Assembly: GCF_006345805.1 (NCBI RefSeq)
Contig: NC_043015.1
Location: 22,134,001 to 22,198,000 of the forward strand
Reading direction: 5' to 3'
DNA: 64,000 nucleotides
DNA from: Octopus sinensis
Lineage: Eukaryota
A program made the translations under genes and the position numbers. Of the stretch, positions 13,811-26,379 are shown one piece after another. Each line of letters opens with the position of its first letter. The first letter of the stretch is position 1. The notes under the pieces were generated by a model. It ran no database searches and was not told the DNA's origin. It saw only the letters and a program-made list of their open reading frames with translations.

Positions 13811-14984
13811 TTAGAATATCAGATTATTTTTTAGTAAGTAGTGTCTGATTATATTCACACGGTATTCTTTTATAAATGGAATTGCTTTTCATATTTCCAT
13901 ATATTTTATCTGCATATTAATATGATATTTTATATTTCATACACTTAAATTATGAACTAGACAACATAAAATGCAATTTGGGTAAGAAGAAAAAAATCAC
14001 TTTTCCACTCGTTTATTTTTAACGAATTAATGCACACAAGAGTGATAGAGGAGGTTGTGCGGTTTAAATCGTAAAATGATGTAAAGCAGAGACTTCAAAT
14101 TTTATATTCTTGAGTTGAGATTTTTGGTTTCATGAAACTATTGCATTTTGAGAACTTTCCGTCCTTTCACATTTACTGGTGTTCTGTGAATTAACACACG
14201 ATAGGTTTCATAAAGACTCCTGATATATTTGTTGAGTGTTATACATATGTTATTATAATCGAATGATCGTAACTGTATTTCATAAAAGTTTCGAAAATGG
14301 AAGAAAATCAAAACAATCTCTCTGAGTAACACTTCGAGTTTTTGAAAACCATCGAGCTTCTTTTTATCAACTTATATTTGAAGAATTTTTTTCTCATTTC
14401 AGAAAATGGTTGCTCGCATGACTGTGTAATAAGATGATCCACTGTTCAGCATATTGGGAAAATCTGCTGCTGGAAATTCTATTAAGTGGATTCCAGTGCC
14501 GTAAGCCTGAACTAGAATGTTTTTTTTCCTCACATAGAAAGTTTCCATTTGCTTTTGGGTACCCCTTCCTAGATGGTAATATAAGAGTAACTGTTCTGCA
14601 GAACGATAAACTTTGCCAAAAACAAAAATAAATTACCCAAAACATCAACCAAAACTTGACCCTTTCCTTTAGAAACACACAAATGTACATATTTATACTA
14701 AAAGGAAACATTCATACAGTAAGAGATTTGGAATTTCGATCTCCGATCACGCTAAGCAAAAGAAGAGACCCCGTGCGCTTCGACTGAAATTGCGAAAAGA
14801 AGACATGTTTGTTTTTTTCCATCTTTTTCTCTTTCTTCTACCCATACCTTTTTAAAATAATATCTCAATTCGACTAAACTTTCAATAAAGTATATCTGTT
14901 ATGGTCTTCATGGAACATTTACACCTATTTTTTTTATCATGTGTTGGAATGCACTTCTTCTTTTCATATACATGTATATCTATA

Positions 14985-15356
<372 letters not shown>

Positions 15357-15529
15357 GTTGAACTGTATTCGTTCTTTAAGTTGGAGTTTTCCAAAAACGC
15401 TTTCTAATATAGATTCTTCATATTTTGCTGGTAGCTTACTGGCGTAGGTTTGCGAATATGAAAGTAATATTTATATATGGTGTGTTGTGAATTTGTGGAA
15501 AGTAATCCCATAATATTCAACACATGATT

Positions 15530-16130
15530 TCACTGGAATCTTGCAATTCAAATTCATAACTATGGGTGTATAGGATCTATGATTGCCAGCTCTAATAGAA
15601 GAAAAATTAATAAATATAAAAACAGCTTTAGTAATAATAGCAATAGCAATTCTAATAATGAAATAAATCGTAGCACTAGCACTATAGATAATGCTCAAAG
15701 TACTAGAACACATAGCAATGATGTCAATAGAACAAAATCCCAACAAAATTCTAACAACCATATATCTGAAAATATACAATATGCCTTAGGTAATACAATA
15801 CCACAAATTAAGAGTAATACTAATTCACAAATATTAAATATATCAAACACCAAGATAGATAAGACTACAGCAAATTCAATGATAACATTAAGCACCGTAT
15901 GAAATAATCATAATAGTATTAAATATTTTACTTCTGAACAGAAATATAAAAATAAAAATTGCTCATATAAAACTAAAGAATCATGTCTTTTAGAAGGTAA
16001 ATGTAGAAGATTCAACGTGATATACAAGTACATAGGTACATTAACAGATAGTTTAAGTAATATGGTATTCATAGGGAGTTCTGTGAATTTTAAGCAATGT
16101 TTAGCACACGTGCATTCCTTTAAACCTTTA
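15530..16130 (+). mobile_element. PLE fragment: linker, long Asn/Ser/Thr-rich spacer, Cys-rich knuckle and N-half of a GIY-YIG endonuclease
   Basis: YGCIGSMIASSNRRKI (linker-like), about 110 N/S/T-rich codons, stop at 15900, then KNCSYKTKESCLLEGKCRRFNVIYKY..VFIGSS..FKQ..HVHSF. Confidence 0.75.
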
Positions 16131-16132
16131 AA

Positions 16133-16656
16133 CGATATTACCTCCTCTATTACTGAGCACATTCCCCAAAATTCACCTAATTGTAATTGCCGTCCTGGAA
16201 CAACCTGCGCGTTACAAACCCACTGCAGAAAATACAGTGTAATTTACAAATACACTGTCATTAATCTATTACACAAATCTACAGCCATATACATTGGATC
16301 AACCAAATGTTTTTAAGCAACGATATGCCACTCACCTCCATTCTTTTAGATACGATAAACATAGTAAATCTAGAACACTTGCCAACCACATACATCATCT
16401 CAAAAATAAAAATATACTCTATACTCTATCATGGTCCATACTAGACTCTGGGCTTCCCTACCGAGGTCAACATTCAACCGGCAAACTTTGCCTGAAGGAG
16501 GCACTTCACATATTAAACCTCAACTCTCCAGCACTGTTAAATAAACATAATGAGTTACTAAGCACATGCAACCACCGTTGTTTTCACACATTCAAATTCT
16601 ATCACAAATCCAAATATCTAAACGACCATAGAATACATTTCCACAATATCCATTAG
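16133..16656 (+). pseudogene. Second PLE GIY-YIG endonuclease (family A), one frameshift near 16310
   Basis: CNCRPGTTCALQTHCRKYSVIYKYTV..IYIGST / FKQRYATHLHSFR..TLANHIHHLK..LSWSIL..LCLKEALHIL..LLNKHNELLSTCNHR. Confidence 0.9.
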
Positions 16657-17186
16657 GTAATCCCAATAACCTTATATATCTATATTTTAACTCCTAATCC
16701 CTATCTAATTCCTCACTTATACTCGAATATCACAACCATCTAATTATATTCATGTGTATGTGCATGCATGGATATGTGCGTGCATATGCATGTGTGTGTA
16801 TGCGAGTGTGTATCTATGTATGTGTGTATATGTGAATGTACGTATGCCTGCAAGGTATATCTCACATCTAATTTCATTCCTCCGCCTCACTTTCTATTTC
16901 GTATCTTACCTAAATGAACTATTACTTAACCATCTTCTCACACCATCTCCGATGAAGGGATATAATGAATATCCTAGAAACAGCTGTAAGACTTTCTATT
17001 TATAAATGTTCTAAAATCTACACGGCCTTAGTTTTTATCTCATTACAGAAAATAATTTATTTCACACACATGCTGATATATCACCTAAGTTGGACCACTT
17101 ATTCGTATAATCACTGAACCTGGAACTTAACTATGGTCTATCCATAGCACTTATTCAACATTACCTGACACCACTACCTCTCATAA

Positions 17187-17190
<4 letters not shown>
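16657..17190 (+). mobile_element. PLE family A 3' region / pseudo-LTR
   Basis: Follows the GIY-YIG ORF, carries an HHR, ends in (TA)n; tail homologous to 44974-45220 (+) and 37494-37640 (-). Confidence 0.8.
16946..16992 (+). ncRNA. Minimal hammerhead motif, family A
   Basis: tct CCGATGA a gggatat aatga atatcct a GAAA CAGCTG TA aga; 7-bp stem II, palindromic CAGCTG, stem I tct/aga. Confidence 0.7.
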
Positions 17191-17223
<33 letters not shown>

Positions 17224-17230
<7 letters not shown>

Positions 17231-17442
17231 TGTGTGTGTGTGTTATAACGAGGTTATAGTAGAAACACTTGCTCAACGAGTCACACACACACACACATAC
17301 ACATGCGCGCGCACGTGTGTGTGTGAGTATTGCTCCTTGTGCAAGTGTTTTCTACAATAACCTCGTAGTGACCAAAGCCTTGTGAGTGGATATCCTAGAC
17401 GGAACTGAAAGCAGCCCGTCGTATATGTATGTATATATATAT

Positions 17443-17486
<44 letters not shown>

Positions 17487-17684
17487 TGTGTGTGTGTGTT
17501 ATAACGAGGTTATAGTAGAAACACTTGCTCAACGAGTCACACACACACACACATACACATGCGCGCGCACGTGTGTGTGTGAGTATTGCTCCTTGTGCAA
17601 GTGTTTTCTACAATAACCTCGTAGTGACCAAAGCCTTGTGAGTGGATATCCTAGACGGAAACTGAAAGCAGCCCGTCGTATATG

Positions 17685-17700
<16 letters not shown>
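17224..17700 (+). repeat. 256-bp tandem duplication of a SINE-B core preceded by its own inverted copy
   Basis: Units offset by 256 bp, differing by a 1-nt indel (ggaactg/ggaaactg) and (TA) length; hairpins at 17249-17365 and 17505-17621. Confidence 0.9.
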
Positions 17701-17741
<41 letters not shown>

Positions 17742-17779
17742 TGTGTGTGTGTGTGTGTGTGCCTCTGTTTGTTTCCTAC

Positions 17780-17965
17780 AAGTACTTGACCACCGATGAC
17801 GGTGTGTTTACTCACTCGTAATTTAACGATTCGGCCAAAGAGACTGATAGAATCATTACTAGGTTTAAAAAAAATAGTGGGGTTGAATCACTCGACTAAA
17901 ATGTGCATCGGTGCGGTGCCACTGCATGACCGCGGTCTAGTGTCTGAAACAAGTACAAGAAATTC
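17780..17965 (+). mobile_element. SINE family B 3' tail
   Basis: cttgaccaccgatgacggtgtgtttac..gactaaaa..gcatgaccgcggtc..tgaaacaag. Confidence 0.75.
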
Positions 17966-18299
17966 TAAATTAACAGGAATGTTGTTTCCTCTTAATATGA
18001 AAACGGTAATACCTGTGTTTACCGCAATAAATCAAATGATGAGCATAAATCAAGTATGGACTATATGTAGAATTTATGATTTTCTGCTTTGATGATGCAT
18101 AAGTATATATACAGAAATATGTGTACACATAAATACGGCAGCTTATAAAAAAAATTATGCGCACGAATGTCAAATTAATCAACTTTCACAGTTCAACGCT
18201 TACAATTTAACACGTTCTTGACAATATATTATTTAAGGCTTCAAGTACGACTCTAACTTTTGCTATATAATCAATGCCGAATATATCAAGAGGTGCCAT

Positions 18300-18880
18300 T
18301 ATATTGAAATTAAACTTCATTTGTATAGTAAATATGTAACAAACATACATACATTGGTCACCTATTAACTACGGCAATTTATCGGGAGACCACACTTTCT
18401 CTGAGAACCACGGGAAAAGTAATGACGAGACGTTCTTTTGAACATCTACCTATCATAAAGTATAACATATTGAAATGTCAATAAGCAAAATAGAAACACA
18501 TTCATAAATTTCAAAAATGCCCACCGGAATAGCTATCAGAAACAGACAGAAGAATCGAAAAATATTCCGCAAAGCAGTAAAACATATATAGCCTAAATTA
18601 TGTAAATGTAATAATCAATAAGATAAAAACCAGAGACAACCGTAAACATAACCAATGCACATGATAGAAACAAAGTCGTCACGAATCAGCTAAACAAGGT
18701 GTAACAAATAAAATAAACAAGTTTAGTGTAGAAAATTGGCAAATATTTCTTTCCAAGATTCTCCATAGGGAACTCAAACATTATAGACAATAATTAGGAA
18801 CGTACTTAATTCTGTAACCGGCCTCGCAATATCAAACTTGACTATAACAACACCAAATTACAAACTACTCTGCTAGTAAT
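18300..18880 (+). mobile_element. Possible decayed PLE RT C-terminus and linker
   Basis: HIHKFQKCPP (cf. YIH.ESNHPP), KIFRKAVKH, KIGKYFF in broken frames. Confidence 0.35.
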
Positions 18881-19129
18881 ATGTAAAGGCATTCATAAAG
18901 TAATTTTCAACCAGTAACAAAGCTTTCTTAAACAGCTGCTGTAATGTACTGGACAAACCAGCTGGAAGCTTAATACTTTGAGAAATTTGTTCTGCCCACT
19001 TCCTTTAGCTGCACATAGCAGAGAACATTTATCCAATTGTTAAGCTTGGTGGAAAAGGTTATATGGCAGCCGCGACTGAAATATCTGAAGACCTGAAAAC
19101 AGTTGTTATTGTTCTGTTTAATTATGTAC

Positions 19130-19800
19130 TTGAGTTAGATACATGAGTTAGGTGGAGTAGATATAGGGAAATGGAGAAAACGACATGTAGTTAAAAAACA
19201 GGAAAAAGAATCAGGATTATATGACTGGCAGAAGAAGGCTTTGGATAGTAGATTTCCAAAGAGAGTTTCAGAAAAAATAATAGTGAAACATGTTGCAGAA
19301 AAGAATGCTGAAAAGGAGGCCGAAAGTTGCTTGTTACAGCACAAAATCAAGCATTGAGGATTAAGTAGATAAAAGCCAAGACAGGCAAAAATGAGGTAGA
19401 TTCCCAATGTAGGCTATGTAAATCAAAGGGGGTAAGTGTTATTCATATTATAAATGAATGTAACATTGTGGTACAGAACGAATACAACAAAAGACAACCA
19501 CCTAGGGTGAATAATCCACTGGGAGTTATGTAGGGAGCTAGAATTTGACCGTGCTTTTAAATTGTATCAACATGAACATTGTAAAATGATAGAAATACGA
19601 TAGAAGCTGTCTAACTTTCAAAAGTCTGATTTAGTAATCGTAGACGAAGAGAATAGATTGTGCCAGATAATTCACTTTACAATCCCAAATGAGGAGTGCT
19701 TCAACATGAGAGTAAAGAAAAATTAGCAATGTACCAGAACCTAGCCATTGAGTTACAGAGGCTACGGATAATTTGATCGCTGGAAAACACAAACACTAGA
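19130..19800 (+). mobile_element. R4/Dong-like LINE C-terminal region (CCHC knuckle plus restriction-like endonuclease), pseudogenised
   Basis: DSQCRLCKSKGVSVIHIINEC, IIHWELCRELEF, KSDLVIVDEENRLCQIIHFTIPNE, YQNLAIELQRL. Confidence 0.85.
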
Positions 19801-20819
19801 AACATATTTCTGGAGATCTCCGCAGAGATATTTGAATACATAGGGTATGTTAAGCTATTGTCAAAATTATATATTTATGCAATTTTAAACTCTCGTTTTA
19901 GAAAACAATTTCTTTAGAGAACGTTGCATGTTTGATATTTCACCGATTTTTATAGCAATAATAATTATCATGTTCATCTTTTCATATCGCTATTGTTACA
20001 GCTAATAATCTTGCATTAAATTTTCTGGCTACTCTTGATGTCGATATCTATTATTTATTGATATTTGAAGTTTTTTTCTCGATATTCTTCTTTCTGTTGC
20101 TCCTGATATGCATGTTTACGCATATCTGCATCTATCTATCATCAGTTTATCTATCTATCTATTTATCTATCTATATATCCACTTGAATCGGTATATGTGC
20201 GTTTATATGTATGTGCGTGTGTGTGTGTGCGCGTATGAGGCATATTCGCAAAAGTGTACGATTTATCAACTGGCAACACCTAACTTTTCATTTTCCTATT
20301 GATTTAAGGAATTGAAAAATGATGAAGGCACACAGATTAAGCTTCAAAAATAGAAAATATGCAGCAAATGGCAGCTGGAAGAATTTATATGTAATAGAAG
20401 TGCAAAGACCGTTTAGGGGAGAGTTCCAAGGGATGCCCTTAAATGACTTACTGCCACTAGAATCAGAAATGGGTGGTTTCAAGCAAGTAAAACCGTTGTG
20501 AATGTCCACAAGAAAATCTCCAAACAAGCGTGGATATCGACGCGCCTCAGATATAATTAAGTACGAAAATTATTTTCAGAGTTGAAGAAAACTTGTTCAA
20601 GTCATAAGAAGGATATTCGTTATGCTCACAAATACGAAGCAAAATATTCTGTGATGTTTGCGATTCCATTTCTTAGCAGAACGGTCATCATATTAGAAAT
20701 TGAAGCTCATAAAATGATTAAATTATGTCTGCATACACTCTTGAATTTTGAAGATGAAATGTATTTTAATACACATCGAAGTTATAATAATAATAATATT
20801 AATGATGATGATGATGATG

Positions 20820-21500
<681 letters not shown>

Positions 21501-21514
21501 AAAATAATAATATG

Positions 21515-21690
21515 ATCCAGTGTGATCACACAGGCATCGGAAACCGGACATTTTTGTGTTGAAAAAAGGAGAAAGAACATGTATGATAACCGACATAGCA
21601 TGACCCGGTGACAGCAGGAACAACGTGAAAGAAGAAGAAAAAAGAAACAACTATGACGATTTGAAGTAAGAAATATTAACGTTAAGGTCA
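21515..21690 (+). mobile_element. R4/Dong-like restriction-like endonuclease fragment
   Basis: IQCDH, HRKPDIFVLKKGERTCMITDIA*PGDSRNNVKEEEKRNNYDDLK*EI: PD-(D/E)xK pattern. Confidence 0.8.
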
Positions 21691-21699
21691 ATATATATA

Positions 21700-21905
21700 T
21701 CATTTCAATATGTGACTTCGTATGTATCGTTGGCGATTTTCTTTCTCCGTCTTCCCTTCTTTGGTATTTCTCTATATTTCTGACGAAGAGCTCCGCACGA
21801 AACGTGAAATCCTCCTTCTTTCTTTCCTTTCTTGAGCGTCAAATAATACTATACTTATTCCACGTCTTCGAGTTGTTGTGCTTTCTCTTTGTTCATATTT
21901 GGATA
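21700..21905 (+). mobile_element. PLE-type pseudo-LTR tail, family C
   Basis: Homologous to the minus-strand copies at 61560-61790 and 61938-62170; ends in (TA)n. Confidence 0.75.
21776..21810 (+). ncRNA. Minimal hammerhead motif, family C (GUG triplet, probably inactive)
   Basis: attt CTGACGA a gagc tcc gcac GAAA CG TG aaat. Confidence 0.6.
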
Positions 21906-21908
21906 TAT

Positions 21909-21955
<47 letters not shown>

Positions 21956-22582
21956 TTATATATGTGTGTGGGGGGCGGGCGATTAACGAAAGCCTCAATT
22001 TCTGGAGCCCTTGCTCTGTTCTTAACGACTCTAATACATGGTTTCCGTTTCGTTGCCAAGTTAAAACTAATTTCTTTCATTGAAACCTCTAATGCATTTG
22101 CAAATTGATACCTTATTTTGCTGACGACATCATGCAAGATGGCTGATGTACCACATCACCGAATAATTATAGGAAATGCATGGCATTCTTCCATTATATT
22201 CGTTGAAACCTAATATTAAGAGCAGCATAGCACATTTTAGTTGTTAAACAACGAAGGATTAATGGGATGATGTTTAGGCATATTGAGTCACATTTTTTAC
22301 TCTTTTATTAAGGTCTGTCTTTCTATCAAATATAGATTACAACTGCCCTGAAACAATGACGGCGACACATGGCATTAATTAGAGGATGTGTGTGAAAGTA
22401 TTCTATCATTAGAAATTTCAAATTTAATAGCACCTTCACTTCGTTGCTAATCATTCAAGATCTTATATATCATTCTGATGTGTGACCTAAACATATAAAG
22501 GTGAGCTAATTTACACTTTTGGAATTATCACAAAAACAAGTAGGCACGCCTTCTCAAATGCCGCACGTGTTATTATCATCTG

Positions 22583-22658
<76 letters not shown>

Positions 22659-23075
22659 TATTATATATATATATATATATAAATTGAGATAGGGGTTGTG
22701 AGTGCAACCCACCATGGGATAACAAATATCCAATATATTGCCAGTACAGCACCCAACAATGTTAATACATAAAGTTAAGAATTGCGAAGCAATTAATTCA
22801 TTTATTGTATTATATGGGCAAAGGTAAAATGTTTTACCACAAATTAATAATACAAAATAAGAAAAATGGAGAAATACACCTTAATCAATAATCAACTACC
22901 AGATAATACCCAATCACATACTTTATTAACCCACTACATATGAACATCAAGGCCAAACATAATAGTATAGAACAAATCAATGCGCATCAATGAGTAATAT
23001 GATACGATAAGTACAATATATAAGTACAATATGTATAAGTGAATATAAATAAATATAAATATAAATATAAACTAC

Positions 23076-23202
23076 ATCTTACAGCTGTTTCAGCCATGCA
23101 GATATGGGTATCTCATTATGCTCATATTAACCAGGTGTGATACGTTAATATGTGGTTATAAATGAGACACTTACAAAAATATCCCAAGGCCTCTTCAGAG
23201 AT
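23076..23202 (-). ncRNA. Hammerhead motif with canonical core and 92-nt loop II
   Basis: Minus: atct CTGAAGA ggcc [92 nt] ggct GAAA CAGCTG TA agat; 4-bp stem I and stem II. Confidence 0.75.
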
Positions 23203-25470
23203 TATAAAGTACAAACTAAACTAAATATGAATATCAGAGGAGGTACACCCATACAAGAGTGGGTACATACCCATAATATATAATATACACATATATATGA
23301 GTGCATATACCCATACACCTATATATATATATACACATATACATAATAATATACAACAATATACATACATATGTTCTATATTCAAGGTTATAGTTGGTCA
23401 AAACAATATATTAGAATATTACAATATACAAACATACATATATCTATATTCAAATGCACATATACAAAGTCGAGAGGTCATTATATTAAGTTACAAAATG
23501 CCATTAATATTACCATCATTATTATTACCATTACCACCATTGCTACTAATATTAATATTATTACTATTAATAACAACAATACCAGCAAAACAATATATGC
23601 ATCACGCGGTTCACAGTATCGACATCACGATATATTGGAATAACAATATAATAGCAACAGCAACAATAATAATAATACAGTACAATGCAAAACATTATAA
23701 ATCGGCAAATACATATAAAAGGAAAAATATTGATTTACATCATAGCAAAGTCTACATGTGTTCAAGCATATAAACGCATGCTAGCCATAGTTTTTGACGG
23801 TGATATGTATAAAGTATTATGTTTAGAGATAGTTTAAGATCGAAAGCTCAATATGATTGGCTGGCACATTCGAATTTCAATTGTCTTCGTTACGGTTGGT
23901 TTGTTAAGAAATACCTACATACACACGTATATGTGCGCTTACACATATATATATGGATATATCAACATATAAGAAATACAAGCTTACATACACACATACA
24001 TGCTTACATACATAACTACTCACGTATATATCCATAAATATATAAATATGTAAACAAACACATACACATATATATATATACATACACATACATACTGTTA
24101 ACTAAAATAGTATTAAGAATCATAAAATTAGGGTAATATTAAATGTTAATACACCGAAAGGGTTGAAAGGGTAATTCGTAATACAGGGTTTACCATAACT
24201 AATATAAAGACGATGTACTTTATTAGCAAAAGATACATAATCAAAAATTACACCGCATAATTCGTAAACATTCATAGTGCTATGAAACCTTCCAAATAAC
24301 CACAATTTCAAATGTGTTCCCACTCAAACCTCCGCCAATAAACGTGCACAGGCATGGGAAAACTGCACCAACATATATATATACACACACACACCCGCAC
24401 ATCACAATATACATATATACACTAGCGCAAAATCACCCATAAAAGCATGAATATACATATAAACGTACGCAGATACACATACAGATAGAATTACAATATA
24501 CATACAAAGGCCATATATATACAGGTGTGGAAAACTACACCAAAGTGTATCCGCAAACATTTGTATACACATACATACACACTCATATATATATTCATAT
24601 ATATAAAAAAAACATATACACACATATCTACCCATTAATATATATATATATACATATGAATATACACATGAACATATGTAGACATACTCACATACACGTT
24701 CGAAATTACAGATATGTCTGCCCACAGCTTTGCATATACATACATTCATGCATAACCAAACAACAGAACATATAAACACATATACAATATATGTTAACAG
24801 AAATTATTATTAAATATAAAATGTAAGATATAAAGTAATTATAAATTAATAGTTGCCAGTAACTAAAAAAATAAATAAAAAATAAAATAATAATAATCAT
24901 AATAATAAAGAAGAAAAAAAACAAATATAGATGTATATAAAGAGAACTTAGTATATAAGACTGCCAAACAAATACATGGGAAGGCTTACAAGGAAGATAT
25001 ATATACATACATATACAATCACATATATCCACATAAGTATACACATGCATGTGTAGACCAACACATACACCTACACATAAACATATACATAAACATATTT
25101 ATACATATACATACTGACATATACATACACATACACACAAAATATAAGTAAATATATATATACATACTTATGCAAAATAAACACCGTATACTAAAGATAG
25201 ACCCAAACTAGTTACGTATCAGTCCCAAACCAACAGCCTAAGATATGATGCGTGTATACGCCCGACACCAATGGAAAATTCCATGAAGATCAAAATAGCA
25301 TATATATATATATATCAGAATATACATATATATTTCAATATATTTTCAAGCCGAGACAAAAACAATCAATACAGACCATATATGTGGAAATATAAAATTA
25401 TAAATCATAATGTCTAAGAGCATAATCCTATATAGAAAAAGTTTTTAAATTACTGAAAGAAAACTAGGTG

Positions 25471-25929
25471 CTACTTAAATCTAGAGAAGGTATACGCTAG
25501 TCTGTGAAGGCAAAATATTCGCTCATTAATATTATTAATAATGAGTAGGCTAGCTTTGATGTTGAAGAAAATTTCATTGACACATAAAGAGCATTTTTTA
25601 TTTCTATTATTATATACTGGTGCGGAAGTGAGTATTTTCCAATTTAAGTCAATATCTATATTTTTGCTCTTAAGTTCCCAAATATAAGTACTTAACCCCG
25701 TAGAATTCATCCTATTTTTATTTTTAAAAGTGTATCTATAATAGTTTAGTCGTCGTTTCATACTATTTTTAGTCGCACCAATATACTCCCTACTATCATG
25801 TTGTGTATTCACAATGCATTGATAAACCACCCCTTTCCTCAGGCATTCATTATTGAACACACATTTATCTCTGTTTCTGCAATTGCAGCTACTATCCGAT
25901 TGAGGAAATATAACCTTGCCATAATTCAC
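25471..25929 (-). CDS. Uninterrupted PLE-type GIY-YIG endonuclease ORF (at least 152 aa), no RT upstream
   Basis: CNCRNRDKCVFNNECLRKGVVYQCIV..YIGATKNSMKRR..TGLSTYIWELKSK..WKIL..KCSLCVNE..NNINE..CLHR; the frame stays open upstream to about 26005 through an N/S-rich stretch. Confidence 0.85.
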   Translation of the reverse strand: MNYGKVIFPQSDSSCNCRNRDKCVFNNECLRKGVVYQCIVNTQHDSREYIGATKNSMKRRLNYYRYTFKNKNRMNSTGLSTYIWELKSKNIDIDLNWKILTSAPVYNNRNKKCSLCVNEIFFNIKASLLIINNINERIFCLHRLAYTFSRFK

Positions 25930-26379
25930 TGCATCCCTATTATTATTAATAGTGTTACCCTCATTCTCACTACTTAAGTGAGAGAGAGTGAGATAGATGG
26001 ATGTATATATAGAATATATATATATATATATATTTCTATTTTAGAGCCTTATAATTTAACACACTCACCATTAAGATTACGGTTAGAGTCAGTTTACAAA
26101 AATTAAAAAGAAGTAAACATTTTTCCGGTGAGTGTGTTAAATTATAAGGAACCAAAAGAGAATGACGCTCCACAGACACAACAGTGTATATATATATATA
26201 TATATATATATTTATAAGCAAAAATAAATCTCTGAACGATGTATAAACAGTAGCTGCACGACAACGGGAAGTATAATTGCCACTTAAATGTGGTTAACTC
26301 TAAGGTTGGATGCTACTGTAGCTTGTAGCCCTAGGGGAACATCTTCTCCAGCTGGCTATTGACACGCTTTCTGTACCCT

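Larger units (their letters stand above)
22690..26010 (-). mobile_element. Putative 3.3-kb PLE derivative: GIY-YIG ORF, long AT-rich 3' region, HHR and tail, between (TA)n tracts
   Basis: ORF and HHR share a strand; same strand-biased composition throughout; (TA)n at 22590-22680 and near 26010-26030. Continuity of the middle is inferred. Confidence 0.55.

Noticed and set aside
14403-14500. Exon-like segment with a strong acceptor and GTAAGC donor; NGCSHDC looks EGF-like
   Set aside because: All three frames contain stops within the 98 nt; it could only be non-coding or decayed.
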